DNA of 64,000 nucleotides from an uncultured Gemmatimonadaceae bacterium (GCA_963843845.1 CAWJMB010000002.1:224001-288000), one strand, 5' to 3'; shown: positions 29,314 to 41,554, counted from the first letter of the stretch. Numbers and translations are program-made. Notes: generated by a model not told the origin, from the sequence alone.

Positions 29314-29913
29314 ATGTCCGTACAGACGCTTCAACGCCCCACGCAGTCGGCACCGACAGTCGGACGCCGCGTCGCGTCGACAGTCGCGAGAGTCGCGACG
29401 CTCTTGACGGCCGCCACGACGACTGTGGTCGCGACTGTCGCGATGCTCACGGTCGCCGCCCCGTCCGCGCACGCGCAGGAAGGGATCGCGGTCGGCGCCG
29501 TCGCCCCGGCGGCCGCCGTCGTCACACTCGACGGGCGGGCGATCGACCTCGCGCAGTACCTTGGCAAAGGCCCCGTCGTGCTCGAGTTCTGGGCGACCTG
29601 GTGCCCGCTGTGCAAGAAGCTCGAGCCGTCGATGGCGGCGGCGCGCGAGAAGTACGCGGGGCGGGCGACGTTCGTCTCGGTCGGCGTGCCGAACAACCAG
29701 ACCCCCGAGCGTCAGAAGGCGTTCGCCGAGGAGCGGCACATCGGCGGGGAGTTCGTGTTCGACCGCGACAGCAAGGCCGTCGGCGCCTACAAGGTGCCGC
29801 ACACGTCGTACGTCGTCGTGGTCGACCGCGCCGGCACGGTCGTCTACACCGGCGTCGGCGGCGAGCAGGACATCGTCGCGGCCGTCGCGAAGGCGCTGCC
29901 GGGCGGGAAGTAG
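29314..29913 (+). CDS. TlpA/ResA family thiol-disulfide oxidoreductase
   Basis: FWATWCPLC; signal peptide. Confidence 0.9.
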   Translation: MSVQTLQRPTQSAPTVGRRVASTVARVATLLTAATTTVVATVAMLTVAAPSAHAQEGIAVGAVAPAAAVVTLDGRAIDLAQYLGKGPVVLEFWATWCPLCKKLEPSMAAAREKYAGRATFVSVGVPNNQTPERQKAFAEERHIGGEFVFDRDSKAVGAYKVPHTSYVVVVDRAGTVVYTGVGGEQDIVAAVAKALPGGK

Positions 29914-29944
29914 CGCGCGTCCGCGCCGCCCGACGACCGAGCGG

Positions 29945-30895
29945 CTACCGCCCGTCCCGCGCCTGGACGTGCGTCGCCGCCTGCTGCACGAACTGTCGCG
30001 CCCCGTCGGGCAGCGTCACCGTGATCGTCGTGCGCACGTCGCCGTCGAGGCGCGTCAGTCGCCCGACGGTCGCGTCGAGTTCGATCGTCGCGCTCCCGAC
30101 GCCGGCGCCGCTCACGGTGACGCTGCGTCCGCCGGCGATCCCGCCTCCTCGCACTGTCGTCGTCACGTCGCGCCGCAGCCGCACCCGCGTGCCGTCGATC
30201 GCGATGACCTGATAGCTCGCCACCGTCGTCACGGTCGCCGGCACGGGTCCTCGGCAGGTGAGCGTCGTCGTACTGTCGCGCCACCGGGCGGCGACGGTGA
30301 GCGACGCCGGAACCGGGACGACTGTCTCGCGCGCCGCGGCGAGCGCCGCCTGCTGCGCCGCGCCCTCGGTGCTGAGGCAGCCGAGTACGGGGCTGTCGGC
30401 GTCGACGCGAGCCGTGCGCGCGTCTGCCACACCGCGGAAGCGTACCGGAGTCGGCGCCGGCTGCGGCGGCGTCGCGCCGGCGATGCGCTGCGAGCTCTGC
30501 ACGGCGAGCCCCGCGACCTGCCCATTGAACGTCACGGTGCGCGACGCAGTCGCGAGCACGTAGTCGACGCGCGCCGCCGACGCGACCGTCTCGCGCCCTC
30601 GTTCGCCGGCCGGGCCGGCGGTCATCTCGACCGTCGCGTCCGTGCGCACGTCGTAGCTCGCGGCGCCCGGGAGCAGCGCGAACCGCACCGTCGCCGAGCT
30701 GCCGGCACTCGACGACCCTGTCGCGGAGGTGGCTGGGGCCGGCACTGTCGTCGGGGGCGACGCTGACGCACCGGGCGCAGCAGTCGGCGCCGACGTCGGC
30801 GCCGGGAGCGCCGGGGGCGGGACCGCTCGTCCGGCACACGCCGCGACCGTACCGCCGAGCGCGGCGACGACGACGGAACGGCAGCGGCAGAGCAT
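29945..30895 (-). CDS. Hypothetical lipoprotein
   Basis: Lipobox VAAC, Pro/Ala linker, beta-rich domain. Confidence 0.55.
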   Translation of the reverse strand: MLCRCRSVVVAALGGTVAACAGRAVPPPALPAPTSAPTAAPGASASPPTTVPAPATSATGSSSAGSSATVRFALLPGAASYDVRTDATVEMTAGPAGERGRETVASAARVDYVLATASRTVTFNGQVAGLAVQSSQRIAGATPPQPAPTPVRFRGVADARTARVDADSPVLGCLSTEGAAQQAALAAARETVVPVPASLTVAARWRDSTTTLTCRGPVPATVTTVASYQVIAIDGTRVRLRRDVTTTVRGGGIAGGRSVTVSGAGVGSATIELDATVGRLTRLDGDVRTTITVTLPDGARQFVQQAATHVQARDGR

Positions 30896-30979
30896 ACGAG
30901 ATCTGCGAACCTGGGTGCGAACGAAGTCCGAGCGAATCGCTGCGGGTCCCTCGGCGCACGCGTCCGACGCGCACCGAGG

Positions 30980-31400
30980 AGGGTCAACGGCCTGTAAGCC
31001 GGGTCCTGTTGGACTCGATGGTCCGAGTCCAGACGGTCATTTCTCTCCGACGCCGATCGCTCGGCGCCTCTAGCAGCCTACCCGCGGCTGCACCGACGGC
31101 AGAATGCTACCTCCCGCCGGTGTGGTCGAGACGGGCCGTCTCTCACCGCCTATTTGGCCTTGCTCCGACTGGGGTTTGCCGTGCCGCACTCGTTACCGAG
31201 CGCGCGGTGGGCTCTTACCCCACCGTTTCACCCGTGCCTGATCTCCCCGAGCGAGCCCGGAAAGCCATCGGCGGTCTGTTCTCTGTGGCACTGTCCGTCG
31301 CACACCCGAAGGAGTGCGCCCAGGCGTTACCTGGCAGCCTGCCCTGTGGAGCCCGGACTTTCCTCGAGCCGAAGCTCGCGACCGTCCGGCCGTTGACCCC
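30980..31400 (-). ncRNA. rnpB: RNase P RNA (type A)
   Basis: Minus strand has GAGGAAAGTCCGGGC, GGTAAGAGCCCACC, GGAGCAAGGCCAAATAGG and AACAGGACCCGGCTTAC; terminal P1 pairing GGGTCAACGG / CCGTTGACCC. Confidence 0.97.
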
Positions 31401-31715
31401 ACGCGCAATCTAACGGTTCTCGACGCATCGAGGATCTGTTCCCGGTCGGTGCCCCGTCGGTCCAGCGCGCGCACCGTGCGGACAGCTCCACGATGGCGTC
31501 GCGTCACCACGCTCGCCGAACGCACAGACACCGGCGAGAACGCGACGCTCGGCCGCGACCTCGCCACGCGCACGTGACGATTGCTCGCATTCACGCGCGC
31601 GCCATCCCGCGCCCATGACGCCACCGCACGAGGAGGCGCCGACGATCGTGTGACGCCGCCCTCGTAGGCTCGGTGCGGCTTCGATCGTTCGCGTTCTGCC
31701 ACCTCGGAGGGTTCC

Positions 31716-32615
31716 GTGCTCTCGCTCACGTCGACGTCCGCTCCCATCGTCTCCCGTGCCCCAGCCGTGCGTTCGCCGCTCCACGCGCCGCCGATCGCCA
31801 CACTCCTCACGCCAGACGAGCGCATGCGCGTCGACGCCGCGGGTCAGGGGCTCTACGTAACGCTGCACCGCGAGTCGCTCGACGAGCTGCTGCGCGATCT
31901 GCGCCGTCGTCCGGTGTCTGCCGTGCTGCTGTCCGCTGAATCGGTCGCGCGGGGTGGCGGGAGTTCGGTCGCGCGGGTGGCCGAGCTCGTGCGCGGGTTT
32001 CCGCAGGTGACGACCGTCGCGCTACTCTCCGAGGCGAACGCCGTCACCCCACACACGATGCTCGCGCTCGGCGGCAGCGGGGTGCGGGTACTGGTCGATA
32101 CACGCGGGCCGGACGGATGGCGTGCGCTTCGCCGGGCACTCGCCACTGACAGCGCACTGACCTTACGTCAGCACGTCGCCTCGGCGCTCGCGGGCGATCT
32201 GGAGGGGGCGCCGGAAGGGTGTCTGCGCTTCTTCGCGACACTGTTCACCGCCTCGGGCGACGTCACGACGGTCCGCGCGTTCGCCACGCTGCTCGGCGTC
32301 CTCCCGACGACGCTCATGAGCCGCTTCTTTCGCGTGCAGCTCCCCGCCCCGAAACGCTACCTCGCGATGGCGCGACTCGTCCGCGCCGCGCGACTGCTCG
32401 AGAACCCCGGGTGCACGCTCACCGCGGCGGCACACCAGCTCGACTACTCGAGCGCGCAGAGCTTCGGGCGCCACGTCCGCGGCGTGCTCGACATGTCGAC
32501 GCGCGAGCTGCGGCAGACGCAGACTGGCGCGTCGCTGTTCGATCGGTTCCGCGCGGAGCTCGTCACACCGTTCCGCGACGTGTTGATCTCGTTCTGTCCC
32601 TACGGGCGACAGTGA
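31716..32615 (+). CDS. AraC family transcriptional regulator with receiver-like N-terminus
   Basis: C-terminal HTH: AARLLENPG.TL...AHQLDYSSAQSFGRH. Confidence 0.8.
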   Translation: MLSLTSTSAPIVSRAPAVRSPLHAPPIATLLTPDERMRVDAAGQGLYVTLHRESLDELLRDLRRRPVSAVLLSAESVARGGGSSVARVAELVRGFPQVTTVALLSEANAVTPHTMLALGGSGVRVLVDTRGPDGWRALRRALATDSALTLRQHVASALAGDLEGAPEGCLRFFATLFTASGDVTTVRAFATLLGVLPTTLMSRFFRVQLPAPKRYLAMARLVRAARLLENPGCTLTAAAHQLDYSSAQSFGRHVRGVLDMSTRELRQTQTGASLFDRFRAELVTPFRDVLISFCPYGRQ

Positions 32616-32664
32616 CGACCCATAGCCGGTAGCGCCGCTGCGTGGAAGGAGCGCCGAATGGCCG

Positions 32665-34170
32665 CTATGCCGTCCGGGCAGATGCCAGTCGCTGCCGTTC
32701 CCGCTCAATCGCCTCGGCGGCAGCGAGCGCCTCACGAACGCCATCGGTCAGCACGTCGATCGACTGTCGCGTCTGTGCTCCGGTCGCGGCCAGCTCGCGC
32801 ATCGCCGCACCGTGCGTCCTCGTCGCCGCCGCCGTCGCGACAGTCACACGCCGCAGCCGGTCGACGCCCAGCAACACATTCTCGACGGAGGCAGTTGCCT
32901 CGATCGCGACCGAGCCGACATCGCGCACCGCCTGCTCCCCCGCCTCGATCGACCGTGCGACCGCGTCGATGTCGTCACGAAGCTGGGTCACCGTCGCGCC
33001 AGCCGCACGGGCTGCGCCGCTGCTCTCTTCCGCGAGCTTCCGGATCTCCTCCGCGACGACCGCGAACCCGCGCCCCTCCTCCTCGGCGCGCGCGGCTTCG
33101 ATCGAAGCGTTCAGCGCGAGCCGGTTCGTCTGCCGCGCGATGCGCGACACGGTGCCGACGAGCACGCCGACTCGATCGGACGCGGCACCGAGTGCGCGCA
33201 CGGCGGTGACCGACGAGGAGACCTGATCCCCGGCAGCCGTCAGCGTCATCGCCGCGCGTGTGACTGCATCCTGACTCGTCGCTGCCGACTCACCGAGACG
33301 AGACGCTTCTGCCGCCATCGCCGCGGCACGCTCGCGAAGGCGTTCCGCCTCTGCTTCGGTCGTGGCGACCCGGCTCTCGTCGCCGGCGTGCGCGCGCCGC
33401 CGCTCGTCGAGCTGCGTGTGCAGCGTTCGCACGACGCGCAGCAGCGCCGGATCGCTCTTCTCGTCGGCCCCCGCGCTCCAGGCACCGACGCCTGACGTCC
33501 AGTCGGTGTCGCGCCGGTCGACCCGGCCCTCGGTTGACGTTGACGTCGTGCTCGACAGCACGGGCGTGGCGGGCGTGGCGGGCGTGGCGGGCGCCTCCAT
33601 CGGCGCGCCGGGATGTACCGACCCGTCCGCGACAGCCCCCCCGTCGGCCAGGGCCTGAGCGAGCGGCCGAGCCCACGTCCCGGCGCCGACCGAAGCGGCG
33701 GCCATGCGCCAGCCGACAGCGACGGCGAGCAGAACCGCTGTCGCGACGATGACGGTCGGCGAGGCCGCTGATGTCGCCGGTGTCGCCGCTGTCGCTGCTG
33801 TCGCTGCTGTCGCTGCTGTCGCTGCTGGCGGGGCGACGAGTGGGTGCGCGAGTTGAGCGGCGACATACAGTGTCACGACCGTGGCGACACGTGCCGCGAT
33901 CGGCCGCCAGGTCGTCCGCGCCCTGTAGCGTGGGCGGACGACGCGATTGCGGAGGCTCCATCGCGGAGTCACCGTCGGAGGCGCGAGATAGAGCAGCGCC
34001 AGCGACGGGAGCCCGAACGCGACGATCGCCGCGGTGGCGACGATCCAGGCGCCCGCGAGCGCCGCCGCGCCGGATCGCGCACTTCGGGCCGTCACGCGAC
34101 TCGACGCCTGCCATGGCGTCTGCCGGAGCGTGTCAGTTGGCCTATGACTGGCATTGCGTCGTGAGCTCAT
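32665..34170 (-). CDS. Methyl-accepting chemotaxis protein
   Basis: [36 protein letters not shown] hairpin; N-terminal TM segments; start uncertain. Confidence 0.85.
   Translation of the reverse strand: MSSRRNASHRPTDTLRQTPWQASSRVTARSARSGAAALAGAWIVATAAIVAFGLPSLALLYLAPPTVTPRWSLRNRVVRPRYRARTTWRPIAARVATVVTLYVAAQLAHPLVAPPAATAATAATAATAATPATSAASPTVIVATAVLLAVAVGWRMAAASVGAGTWARPLAQALADGGAVADGSVHPGAPMEAPATPATPATPVLSSTTSTSTEGRVDRRDTDWTSGVGAWSAGADEKSDPALLRVVRTLHTQLDERRRAHAGDESRVATTEAEAERLRERAAAMAAEASRLGESAATSQDAVTRAAMTLTAAGDQVSSSVTAVRALGAASDRVGVLVGTVSRIARQTNRLALNASIEAARAEEEGRGFAVVAEEIRKLAEESSGAARAAGATVTQLRDDIDAVARSIEAGEQAVRDVGSVAIEATASVENVLLGVDRLRRVTVATAAATRTHGAAMRELAATGAQTRQSIDVLTDGVREALAAAEAIERERQRLASARTA
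33772..33826. repeat. 9-bp tandem repeat (~6 copies) in the MCP gene
   Basis: TGTCGCTGC-like units encoding ATA repeats. Confidence 0.85.
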
Positions 34171-34188
34171 CCTACCCATGAACCGCTC

Positions 34189-35514
34189 GTGACCACGTTC
34201 GTGATGACGTTCGCCGAGGCGACCGCTGCCCACCTGCGCTCGCGCCGTGCCGAGTTGGCGGCGCGATGGGACGCGCGCGCCGTCGCGGCAACGCCGCGCC
34301 AGTCGTGTGAGACCGGGGCGAGCGAAGCCGTCGTCGACGCGATTGTCGCCGTGCTGGAGAGAGACGCGCGGTGGCAGGGAGAGGTAATGCGGCTCGCCTG
34401 GGCCGCCGGCGCCCAGGCGTACGACGACGGTCTGTCCGTTCACCACGTCTTGAAGGACGCGGAGCTGCTGCTGGCGATCCTGCTCGCCGCGGTCGAGGAC
34501 GCGGTGCGGACCGATCAGCTTCGGCTCGCACCGGCCGGTCCGCCCGGAGTACGCCTCACGCCGTCGCCCGAGGTCCCTGAGCCCCCGTTCGGACCCGGCG
34601 GTCCGGATGGGACCGTCGATCTCGCTGCCATCGTAGCCGACGTCGTCGCCGTGACGAGACGACTGCAACGAGCGACGTCGCTCTATTCGCACGCCGCGGC
34701 GTCGCGATATCTGCACGCCGTCGTCACGACGATGCGCGATCGGTGGCGCATCATCCGGCACGACCTCCGCAACCCGCTCGGCACGATCCAGAGCGCGCTG
34801 TCGCTCATGGAAGACGAGACGCTCTCCCTCGAGATGCGGACCGGCCCGCGCATCCGCGCGATGGTGTCGCGCAACGCCGGCTCGCTCGAGACGTTGATCG
34901 CCGAACAGCTGCACGACGACGTCGCGGAGTCCATGGTTGCGGTGCCGCAGGACGTCTCGCTCCGCGACGTCGCGCTCGCGGTCCGTCGAACGCTTCGCGA
35001 GGCGACGCAGCTCGCCTCCTGCGAGATCGAGGTCGACGACCGGCTCGGCGGAGCGCGGGTCGACGAGGCGGCGGTCGAGTTGACGCTGACGACGCTGCTG
35101 CTCGCGGCGATCGCCGACGCGCAGCCTGGCGACGTGCTGCGCGTCGAAGGCGTCGAAGGCGTCGAAGGCGTCGAAGGCGTCGAAGGCGTCGAGGGCGTCG
35201 AGGGCGTCGAGGGCGTCGAGGGCGTCGAAGGCGTCGGCACCGTCGAGCGGCCAGACGGCGATCGGGGACCCGGCGGCCGGCGGTTCACGCTCCGCGTCGC
35301 GCGAGTGCGGGGTCGTTCATGGGATCGCGCGGCAGCTGAGGCGCGCGGGGGCGTTCCGCGCGCCGCGAGCGCCTCCACGTGGGACGAGAGCTGTCTCGCT
35401 CTCGCCGCCTCGCTCGCCGACGATTATGGCGGTACCGTCGTCCACGACGGCGACCTCGCACAGTTGCTGAGCCTTCCACTCATGCCGTCGGGGGCGAGCG
35501 CTTCGCTCGAGTGA
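34189..35514 (+). CDS. Histidine kinase-like protein with degenerate ATPase domain
   Basis: [11 protein letters not shown]-box present; no clear N or DxGxG boxes; RsbRD-N-like N-terminus. Confidence 0.65.
   Translation: MTTFVMTFAEATAAHLRSRRAELAARWDARAVAATPRQSCETGASEAVVDAIVAVLERDARWQGEVMRLAWAAGAQAYDDGLSVHHVLKDAELLLAILLAAVEDAVRTDQLRLAPAGPPGVRLTPSPEVPEPPFGPGGPDGTVDLAAIVADVVAVTRRLQRATSLYSHAAASRYLHAVVTTMRDRWRIIRHDLRNPLGTIQSALSLMEDETLSLEMRTGPRIRAMVSRNAGSLETLIAEQLHDDVAESMVAVPQDVSLRDVALAVRRTLREATQLASCEIEVDDRLGGARVDEAAVELTLTTLLLAAIADAQPGDVLRVEGVEGVEGVEGVEGVEGVEGVEGVEGVEGVGTVERPDGDRGPGGRRFTLRVARVRGRSWDRAAAEARGGVPRAASASTWDESCLALAASLADDYGGTVVHDGDLAQLLSLPLMPSGASASLE
35143..35232 (+). repeat. 9-bp tandem repeat x10 encoding (VEG)10
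   Basis: GTCGAAGGC x5, GTCGAGGGC x4, GTCGAAGGC x1. Confidence 0.95.
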
Positions 35515-35637
35515 CTGACAGGAGAGCACGGTGAGTCCGTCGAGCGCTGTCCAGTCGGTGATGGCACGGCGGCTCCGCATCACTGATGCGGAGCCGCGAC
35601 GTGGACGACCAGCGATGGCGCTCGTTCGTGGAACCGC

Positions 35638-36209
35638 TCACCCCATCCGCGCCAGGATCTCCGATCCCCGCACCAGTCCGATCACCGGCACCCCGGTCTC
35701 CTCGATCGCCTCTCGCCCCCCCTCCTCTCTGTCGACGAGCGCCAGCACGCCCACGACCTCCCCCCGCCCTGTCGTACCGCCTCGATCGCCCGCAGCGCCG
35801 AGCCGCCAGTCGTGATGACATCCTCGATCACCGCGACGCGATCTCCCGAGCGGAACGGCCCCTCGATCAGCCGCCCCGTGCCGTGCTGCTTCGGCTCCTT
35901 CCGCACCGTGAACGCGCGGATCGGCCGACCGGCGAGCGCACTCGCGTAAGCGATCGCGTACGACACCGGGTCGGCGCCGAGGGTGAGGCCGCCGATGGCG
36001 TCCGGATGCCAGGCGGTGCGGTCGAGGGCGGCGAGCGCGGCCGGACCGATCGTGGCGAGGCCGTCGGGGCTCATTGTGGTCAGTCGCGCGTCGATGTATA
36101 AGCTCGACGTGCGCCCCGAGCTGAGCGTGAACTGCCCGCGGCGCGCCGAGCGTTCGGCGAGGAGTTGAGCGAGACCGTCGGCGGGAGGGGCTGCGTGCGC
36201 GTCGGACAT
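35638..36209 (-). CDS. pyrE: Orotate phosphoribosyltransferase (frameshift near 35765)
   Basis: FTLSSGRTSSLYID, RKEPKQHGTGRLIEG, IEDVITTGGS; C-terminus VLALVDREEGG in another frame. Confidence 0.92.
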
Positions 36210-36239
36210 ACGGGGCAGGGTGAGAGCGGCGGCGGGACG

Positions 36240-37509
<1,270 letters not shown>

Positions 37510-37584
37510 GATCCGTTCCAGCCGCATCTCGACCGCATTTCCAACCGCATTTCGACCGCGGTCGAATCCCGGTTGGTATGCGGC

Positions 37585-38499
37585 TCACCCCTTCTTGAAC
37601 ATCCCCCTGATCTTGCCGAACAGCCCTCCGGCCGACTCCTCGACGGCCGGCACGGCGAGCAACGCCGTCCGCAGCTCGCGCGCGAACGTGCGGACGTCGG
37701 GGTAGCGATCCTTCGGGCTCTTCGACAGCCCGCGCATGATGACCGTCTCGACACCGGAGGAGAAGAGCAGCCCCTCCTTCGCCTTGTTCAGCGGCTGCGG
37801 CGGCTGCGAGAGGAGCTGCGTGAACATCTCGCGCGGCGACTTGCCGGCGAACGGCAGGCATCCCGAAAGCAGGAAGTACGCGATCGTCGCCAGCGAGTAC
37901 TGGTCGGCGGCCGTCGACACGAGCTCGCCGGAGAGCGCCTCGGGGGCGACGTACATCAGCGTGCCGACGAAGAAGCCGGCGCGCGTCAGCCGCTCGTCCG
38001 GGTTCTGCTCGGCGTCGAGCGCGATGCCGAAGTCGAGCAGCTTCACGGTGCGCGTCGCCGGATCGTACATCACGTTCTCCGGCTTCAGATCGCGGTGCAC
38101 GATGCCGACGTCGTGCGCGGCCTGCACCGCGTCGGCGATCTGCGTGACGATCTCGGCGACTTCGGGGCCGGGGATCGGGCAGTTGCGCTTCGCGTACTTC
38201 TCGAGCAGCTCGCCGTTCGCCCATTCGGTCGCGAGGAAGTGGAGGCCGTCCTCCGCCTCGCCGATCTCGATCGTGCGGACGACGTTCGGGTGCGTGACGC
38301 GCCCCCCGAACTGTGCCTCGCGGACGAAGCGCGCGACGGCCGTGCGATCCTGGCGCAGCTTGTCGCGCAGAATCTTCACCGCCACGATGCCGTGCCGCGG
38401 ATGATCGGCGCGAAACACCGCCGAGGTGCCGCCTTCGCCGACCTGGCTCTGCAACGTGTAGCCGGCGACTGTCGTGCCGGCTAAAGTCTCTCGGGACAC
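37585..38499 (-). CDS. Ser/Thr protein kinase (PknB-like, cytoplasmic)
   Basis: GEGG, AVK, HRDLKPEN, DFG, YVAPE. Confidence 0.93.
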   Translation of the reverse strand: MSRETLAGTTVAGYTLQSQVGEGGTSAVFRADHPRHGIVAVKILRDKLRQDRTAVARFVREAQFGGRVTHPNVVRTIEIGEAEDGLHFLATEWANGELLEKYAKRNCPIPGPEVAEIVTQIADAVQAAHDVGIVHRDLKPENVMYDPATRTVKLLDFGIALDAEQNPDERLTRAGFFVGTLMYVAPEALSGELVSTAADQYSLATIAYFLLSGCLPFAGKSPREMFTQLLSQPPQPLNKAKEGLLFSSGVETVIMRGLSKSPKDRYPDVRTFARELRTALLAVPAVEESAGGLFGKIRGMFKKG

Positions 38500-38619
38500 G
38501 GGGGCGAACCTAACGGGCGAGGGGGGAGACTGGCAAGCGACGCACGATCCGTGGTCGACGGCCGCGCCGACGGACTGCGCGTGGGCGCGAGGAATGAATG
38601 TCGCCATGCGAGAGCCGTC

Positions 38620-40056
38620 ATGCGCCCGTCGCTCACTGTCCGCGGAACGCGCCCGCTCGCGCTCGTCGCCTGCGCGATGACGCTCGGAGCGAGCGCCTGC
38701 GCGCGCCGCCCGCGCGTCGCCCCCCCAGCGACTCCCGTTCCCGGCGAGTCGCCGCGCGAGGCCGGCCGCCGCGCGGCCACGCTCCCCGACTTCAGCGCGC
38801 TCTACGAACGCATGGGGCTCGCCGCGGCGCGCGGCGATCTGCCGTTCGTGGCGAGCGTCGCGCAGTTCGCGACGGCGACCCCCGACTCGACGCTCGTCCT
38901 CGTCGCGCTGTCGCTCGCGAACCGCTCGCTCACCTTCGGCCGCGACGGGAACAGCTACCGAGCGGCGTACGAGGTGCGCCTCGAAGCACGGCACGGCACG
39001 GCGCGGCGCGCGGGCGACGTGCGGCGCCGCATCGCCTCCGACGAGACGGTCCGCGTCGCGACGCTCCGCGAGACGGCGCGCGGCGACGAGAGTGTGCTGT
39101 TCTATCAGCGGCTCGCGCTCGCGCCCGGCGCCTACACGCTCTCGGTCGGCGTGCGCGACGCGTCGAGCGCCCGCAGCGCGTCGGTCGAGGTGCCGCTCGT
39201 GGTCGCGCGCTTCGACCCCGGCGGGCTCTCGACGCCGCTCCCGCTCTACGGCGGGGCCGGGCGCGCGCGCCTCGACTCGGCGCCCGATGTCGCGGCGCGT
39301 CCGCGGCGCACCGCGACGTTCGGCGAGGACGCGACGGTGCCGCTCTACCTCGAATCCGTCGATCGGACAGCGGGCGTCGCCGGAGCACCGGCCGCGGCGC
39401 CCGTGCCGGTCCGACTCGTGGCGCGCGGCGACGGCGGCGTCGAGCTGTGGCGCGGCGCGGCGGAGCTCCCACCGGCGCGCGACGGACTCGCCGCGAGCAC
39501 CGTCGCCGTCCCCGTCGCGCCGCTCGGCATCGGCATCGTCTCGCTCGACGTCGTTCGCGACGCCTCGAACGGCGTGCCGAACGACTCCGTCCGCACGACG
39601 CTGCTCGTCGGGCTCGGCGACGAGCTGCCGGTCGCGACGTTCGACGACGTGCTCGGCTATCTACGCTACTACGCGGCGCCCGAGCGCCTGCGCGCGCTGC
39701 GCGACACGCCTCCCGTCCGCCGCGCCGCCGCGTGGAGCGAGTTCGCGCGCGCCCACGCCGACCTGCGCGACTACTTCGCGCGCGTCCGCACTGCGAACAC
39801 GCGCTTCGGCGAGGACGCGCGGCTCGGCTGGCTCACTGACCGGGGCACGGCCTACGTCGTGCTCGGCGAGCCGGACCAGATCGCCGAGCCCGCAGGGCAG
39901 GACCCGAACATGAAAGGACGCACCCAGCGATGGCTGTACGGCTCCGCGGGCGTCGAGCTGACGTTCACCGACCGCGGACGCTTCGGGCAGTGGGAGCTGA
40001 CGTCACAGAGCGCCGCGCAGCTGCAGGAGCTTCTGCGCCGCCGGCTCGTGCCGTGA
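38620..40056 (+). CDS. GWxTD domain lipoprotein
   Basis: Lipobox GASAC; RVRTANTRF...GWLTDRG..YVVLGEPD. Confidence 0.85.
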   Translation: MRPSLTVRGTRPLALVACAMTLGASACARRPRVAPPATPVPGESPREAGRRAATLPDFSALYERMGLAAARGDLPFVASVAQFATATPDSTLVLVALSLANRSLTFGRDGNSYRAAYEVRLEARHGTARRAGDVRRRIASDETVRVATLRETARGDESVLFYQRLALAPGAYTLSVGVRDASSARSASVEVPLVVARFDPGGLSTPLPLYGGAGRARLDSAPDVAARPRRTATFGEDATVPLYLESVDRTAGVAGAPAAAPVPVRLVARGDGGVELWRGAAELPPARDGLAASTVAVPVAPLGIGIVSLDVVRDASNGVPNDSVRTTLLVGLGDELPVATFDDVLGYLRYYAAPERLRALRDTPPVRRAAAWSEFARAHADLRDYFARVRTANTRFGEDARLGWLTDRGTAYVVLGEPDQIAEPAGQDPNMKGRTQRWLYGSAGVELTFTDRGRFGQWELTSQSAAQLQELLRRRLVP

Positions 40057-40071
40057 CGCCCGCGACCGTCG

Positions 40072-40723
40072 GTGCTGCCGGTGCTGCCGGTGGCTGACAC
40101 GCTGCGCGCCGAGTTGGGGCGCAAGGCGGTCCACGTCGCGTCGACGGTGCTGCCGGCGGCGTACGCGTTCGGCACCCCGCGCCCCGCGTTGCTCGCGCTG
40201 TTCGCCGCGCTCGGCTTCGCCGCGGCGAGCCTCGAGCTCGCGCGGCTGCGGTCGGCGCGCGTGCAGGCGGCGTTCGTGCGCGCCGTCGGGCCGCTGCTGC
40301 GCGAGCGCGAGCACCGCGCGTGGTCGGGAGCGAGCTGGCTGCTCGCCGCCTACGTGCTCGCGGTCGTGCTCTTTCCGCGTCCGATCGCCGTCGCCGCGAT
40401 GCTCGCCGCGGGGCTCGGCGACGCGGCGGCGGCGATCGTCGGACGGAGTGTGGCGGCGGCGCAGCTGCGGCGCACGCGGCACCGCATCGCGCGGCAAGAC
40501 GCTCGTCGGGAGCGTGGCGTGCTTCGTCGTCACGTTCGCCGCCGCGCTGCTCGTCGCTCCGCTGTCACCCCTCGCAGCGGCGGCCGCCGCGCTCGCCGCG
40601 GCGCTCGCCGAACGGTGGGACCGCGTCCCCGTCGACGACAACGTGCGCGTCGTGCTCGCGGCCGGTGGCGCGGCGTGGTGCATCACGTGGCTCGTGACGC
40701 GGCCGACGCCCTTCGCGTCTTGA
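40072..40723 (+). CDS. SEC59/DGK1/VTE5 family isoprenoid/lipid kinase (frameshift near 40470)
   Basis: ELGRKAVH, GDAAAAIVG, GKTLVGS, DDN motifs. Confidence 0.8.
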
Positions 40724-40739
40724 GGGCACGGGACCGCCC

Positions 40740-40768
40740 TTGACAAGGTTTTAGGGCGATCCTATATA
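40740..40768 (+). promoter_or_regulatory. Sigma70-type promoter of the cold-shock gene
   Basis: TTGACA-17 bp-TATATA about 100 bp upstream of the csp start. Confidence 0.65.
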
Positions 40769-40871
40769 GGCCCGCGCAAGCCGTTTTGGTTTGTCCCGCG
40801 CGGACGGCACCCGTCACGACCCCGCAGTCCGCGCGGCCCGCCTCAAGCATCACCCAGCAGGAGACAGTCAG

Positions 40872-41072
40872 ATGGCCAGAGGGAAAGTGAAGTGGTTCAA
40901 TGACGCCAAGGGTTACGGCTTCATCGAGCAGGACGGCGGCGAGGATGTGTTCGTGCACTTCTCCGCCATCGGGATGGAGGGCTTCAAGACCCTCACCGAA
41001 GGTCAGGTCGTGGAGTTCGAGATCAAGACCGGCGACAAGGGGCTGCACGCGGCGAACGTCGTCCGCGTCTGA
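40872..41072 (+). CDS. cspA: Cold-shock protein
   Basis: [31 protein letters not shown]. Confidence 0.97.
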   Translation: MARGKVKWFNDAKGYGFIEQDGGEDVFVHFSAIGMEGFKTLTEGQVVEFEIKTGDKGLHAANVVRV

Positions 41073-41103
41073 GCTCGGGCCCACTCGGCCATCCGAACTG
41101 TCT

Positions 41104-41143
41104 CCGCCCGCCCGGATCACTCCCGGCGGGCGGTGACTGTTTT
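41104..41143 (+). terminator. Hairpin terminator after csp
   Basis: CCGCCCGCC...GGCGGGCGG followed by TGACTGTTTT. Confidence 0.55.
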
Positions 41144-41166
41144 CGGGCCAACCCCCATCGCGTGTG

Positions 41167-41540
41167 ATGCGCGTTCGCCTCGGTCACGCGCTCGACCGCC
41201 ACGTGTTCGGCGAGTTCGTCACGATCTTCGTCGTCACGGCGCTCGGGCTGCCGGTGCTCGTTTTCATCAGCACCGCGGTGCAGGAGCTGAAGAGGGGGGG
41301 CGCGGCACGGAGTCGGACGTGAACGCGCTGCGCGGGTCGCGCATGCTGAACATCGCGGTCCCCGTCCCATGCGTCGTCATCCTGCTGTCGCTCGCCGTGA
41401 CGGTCGTCTTCCTCGTGATGGTTCAGCTCACGCGCGCGATCGGCGGGAAGGGGATCATCAGCCCCGAGCTGGCGGCGTGGCTGCCGAGCGTGCCGTTCGG
41501 CGTGGGGGGGACGGTGATGCTGCGGCGGACGCGAAGTTGA
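41167..41540 (+). pseudogene. Internally deleted LptF/LptG permease copy
   Basis: LDRHVFGEF..IF start and ISPELAAWLP end typical of LptF/G; only ~124 aa; frameshift in G-run near 41297. Confidence 0.65.
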
Positions 41541-41554
41541 GTGCGTGATTTTTT

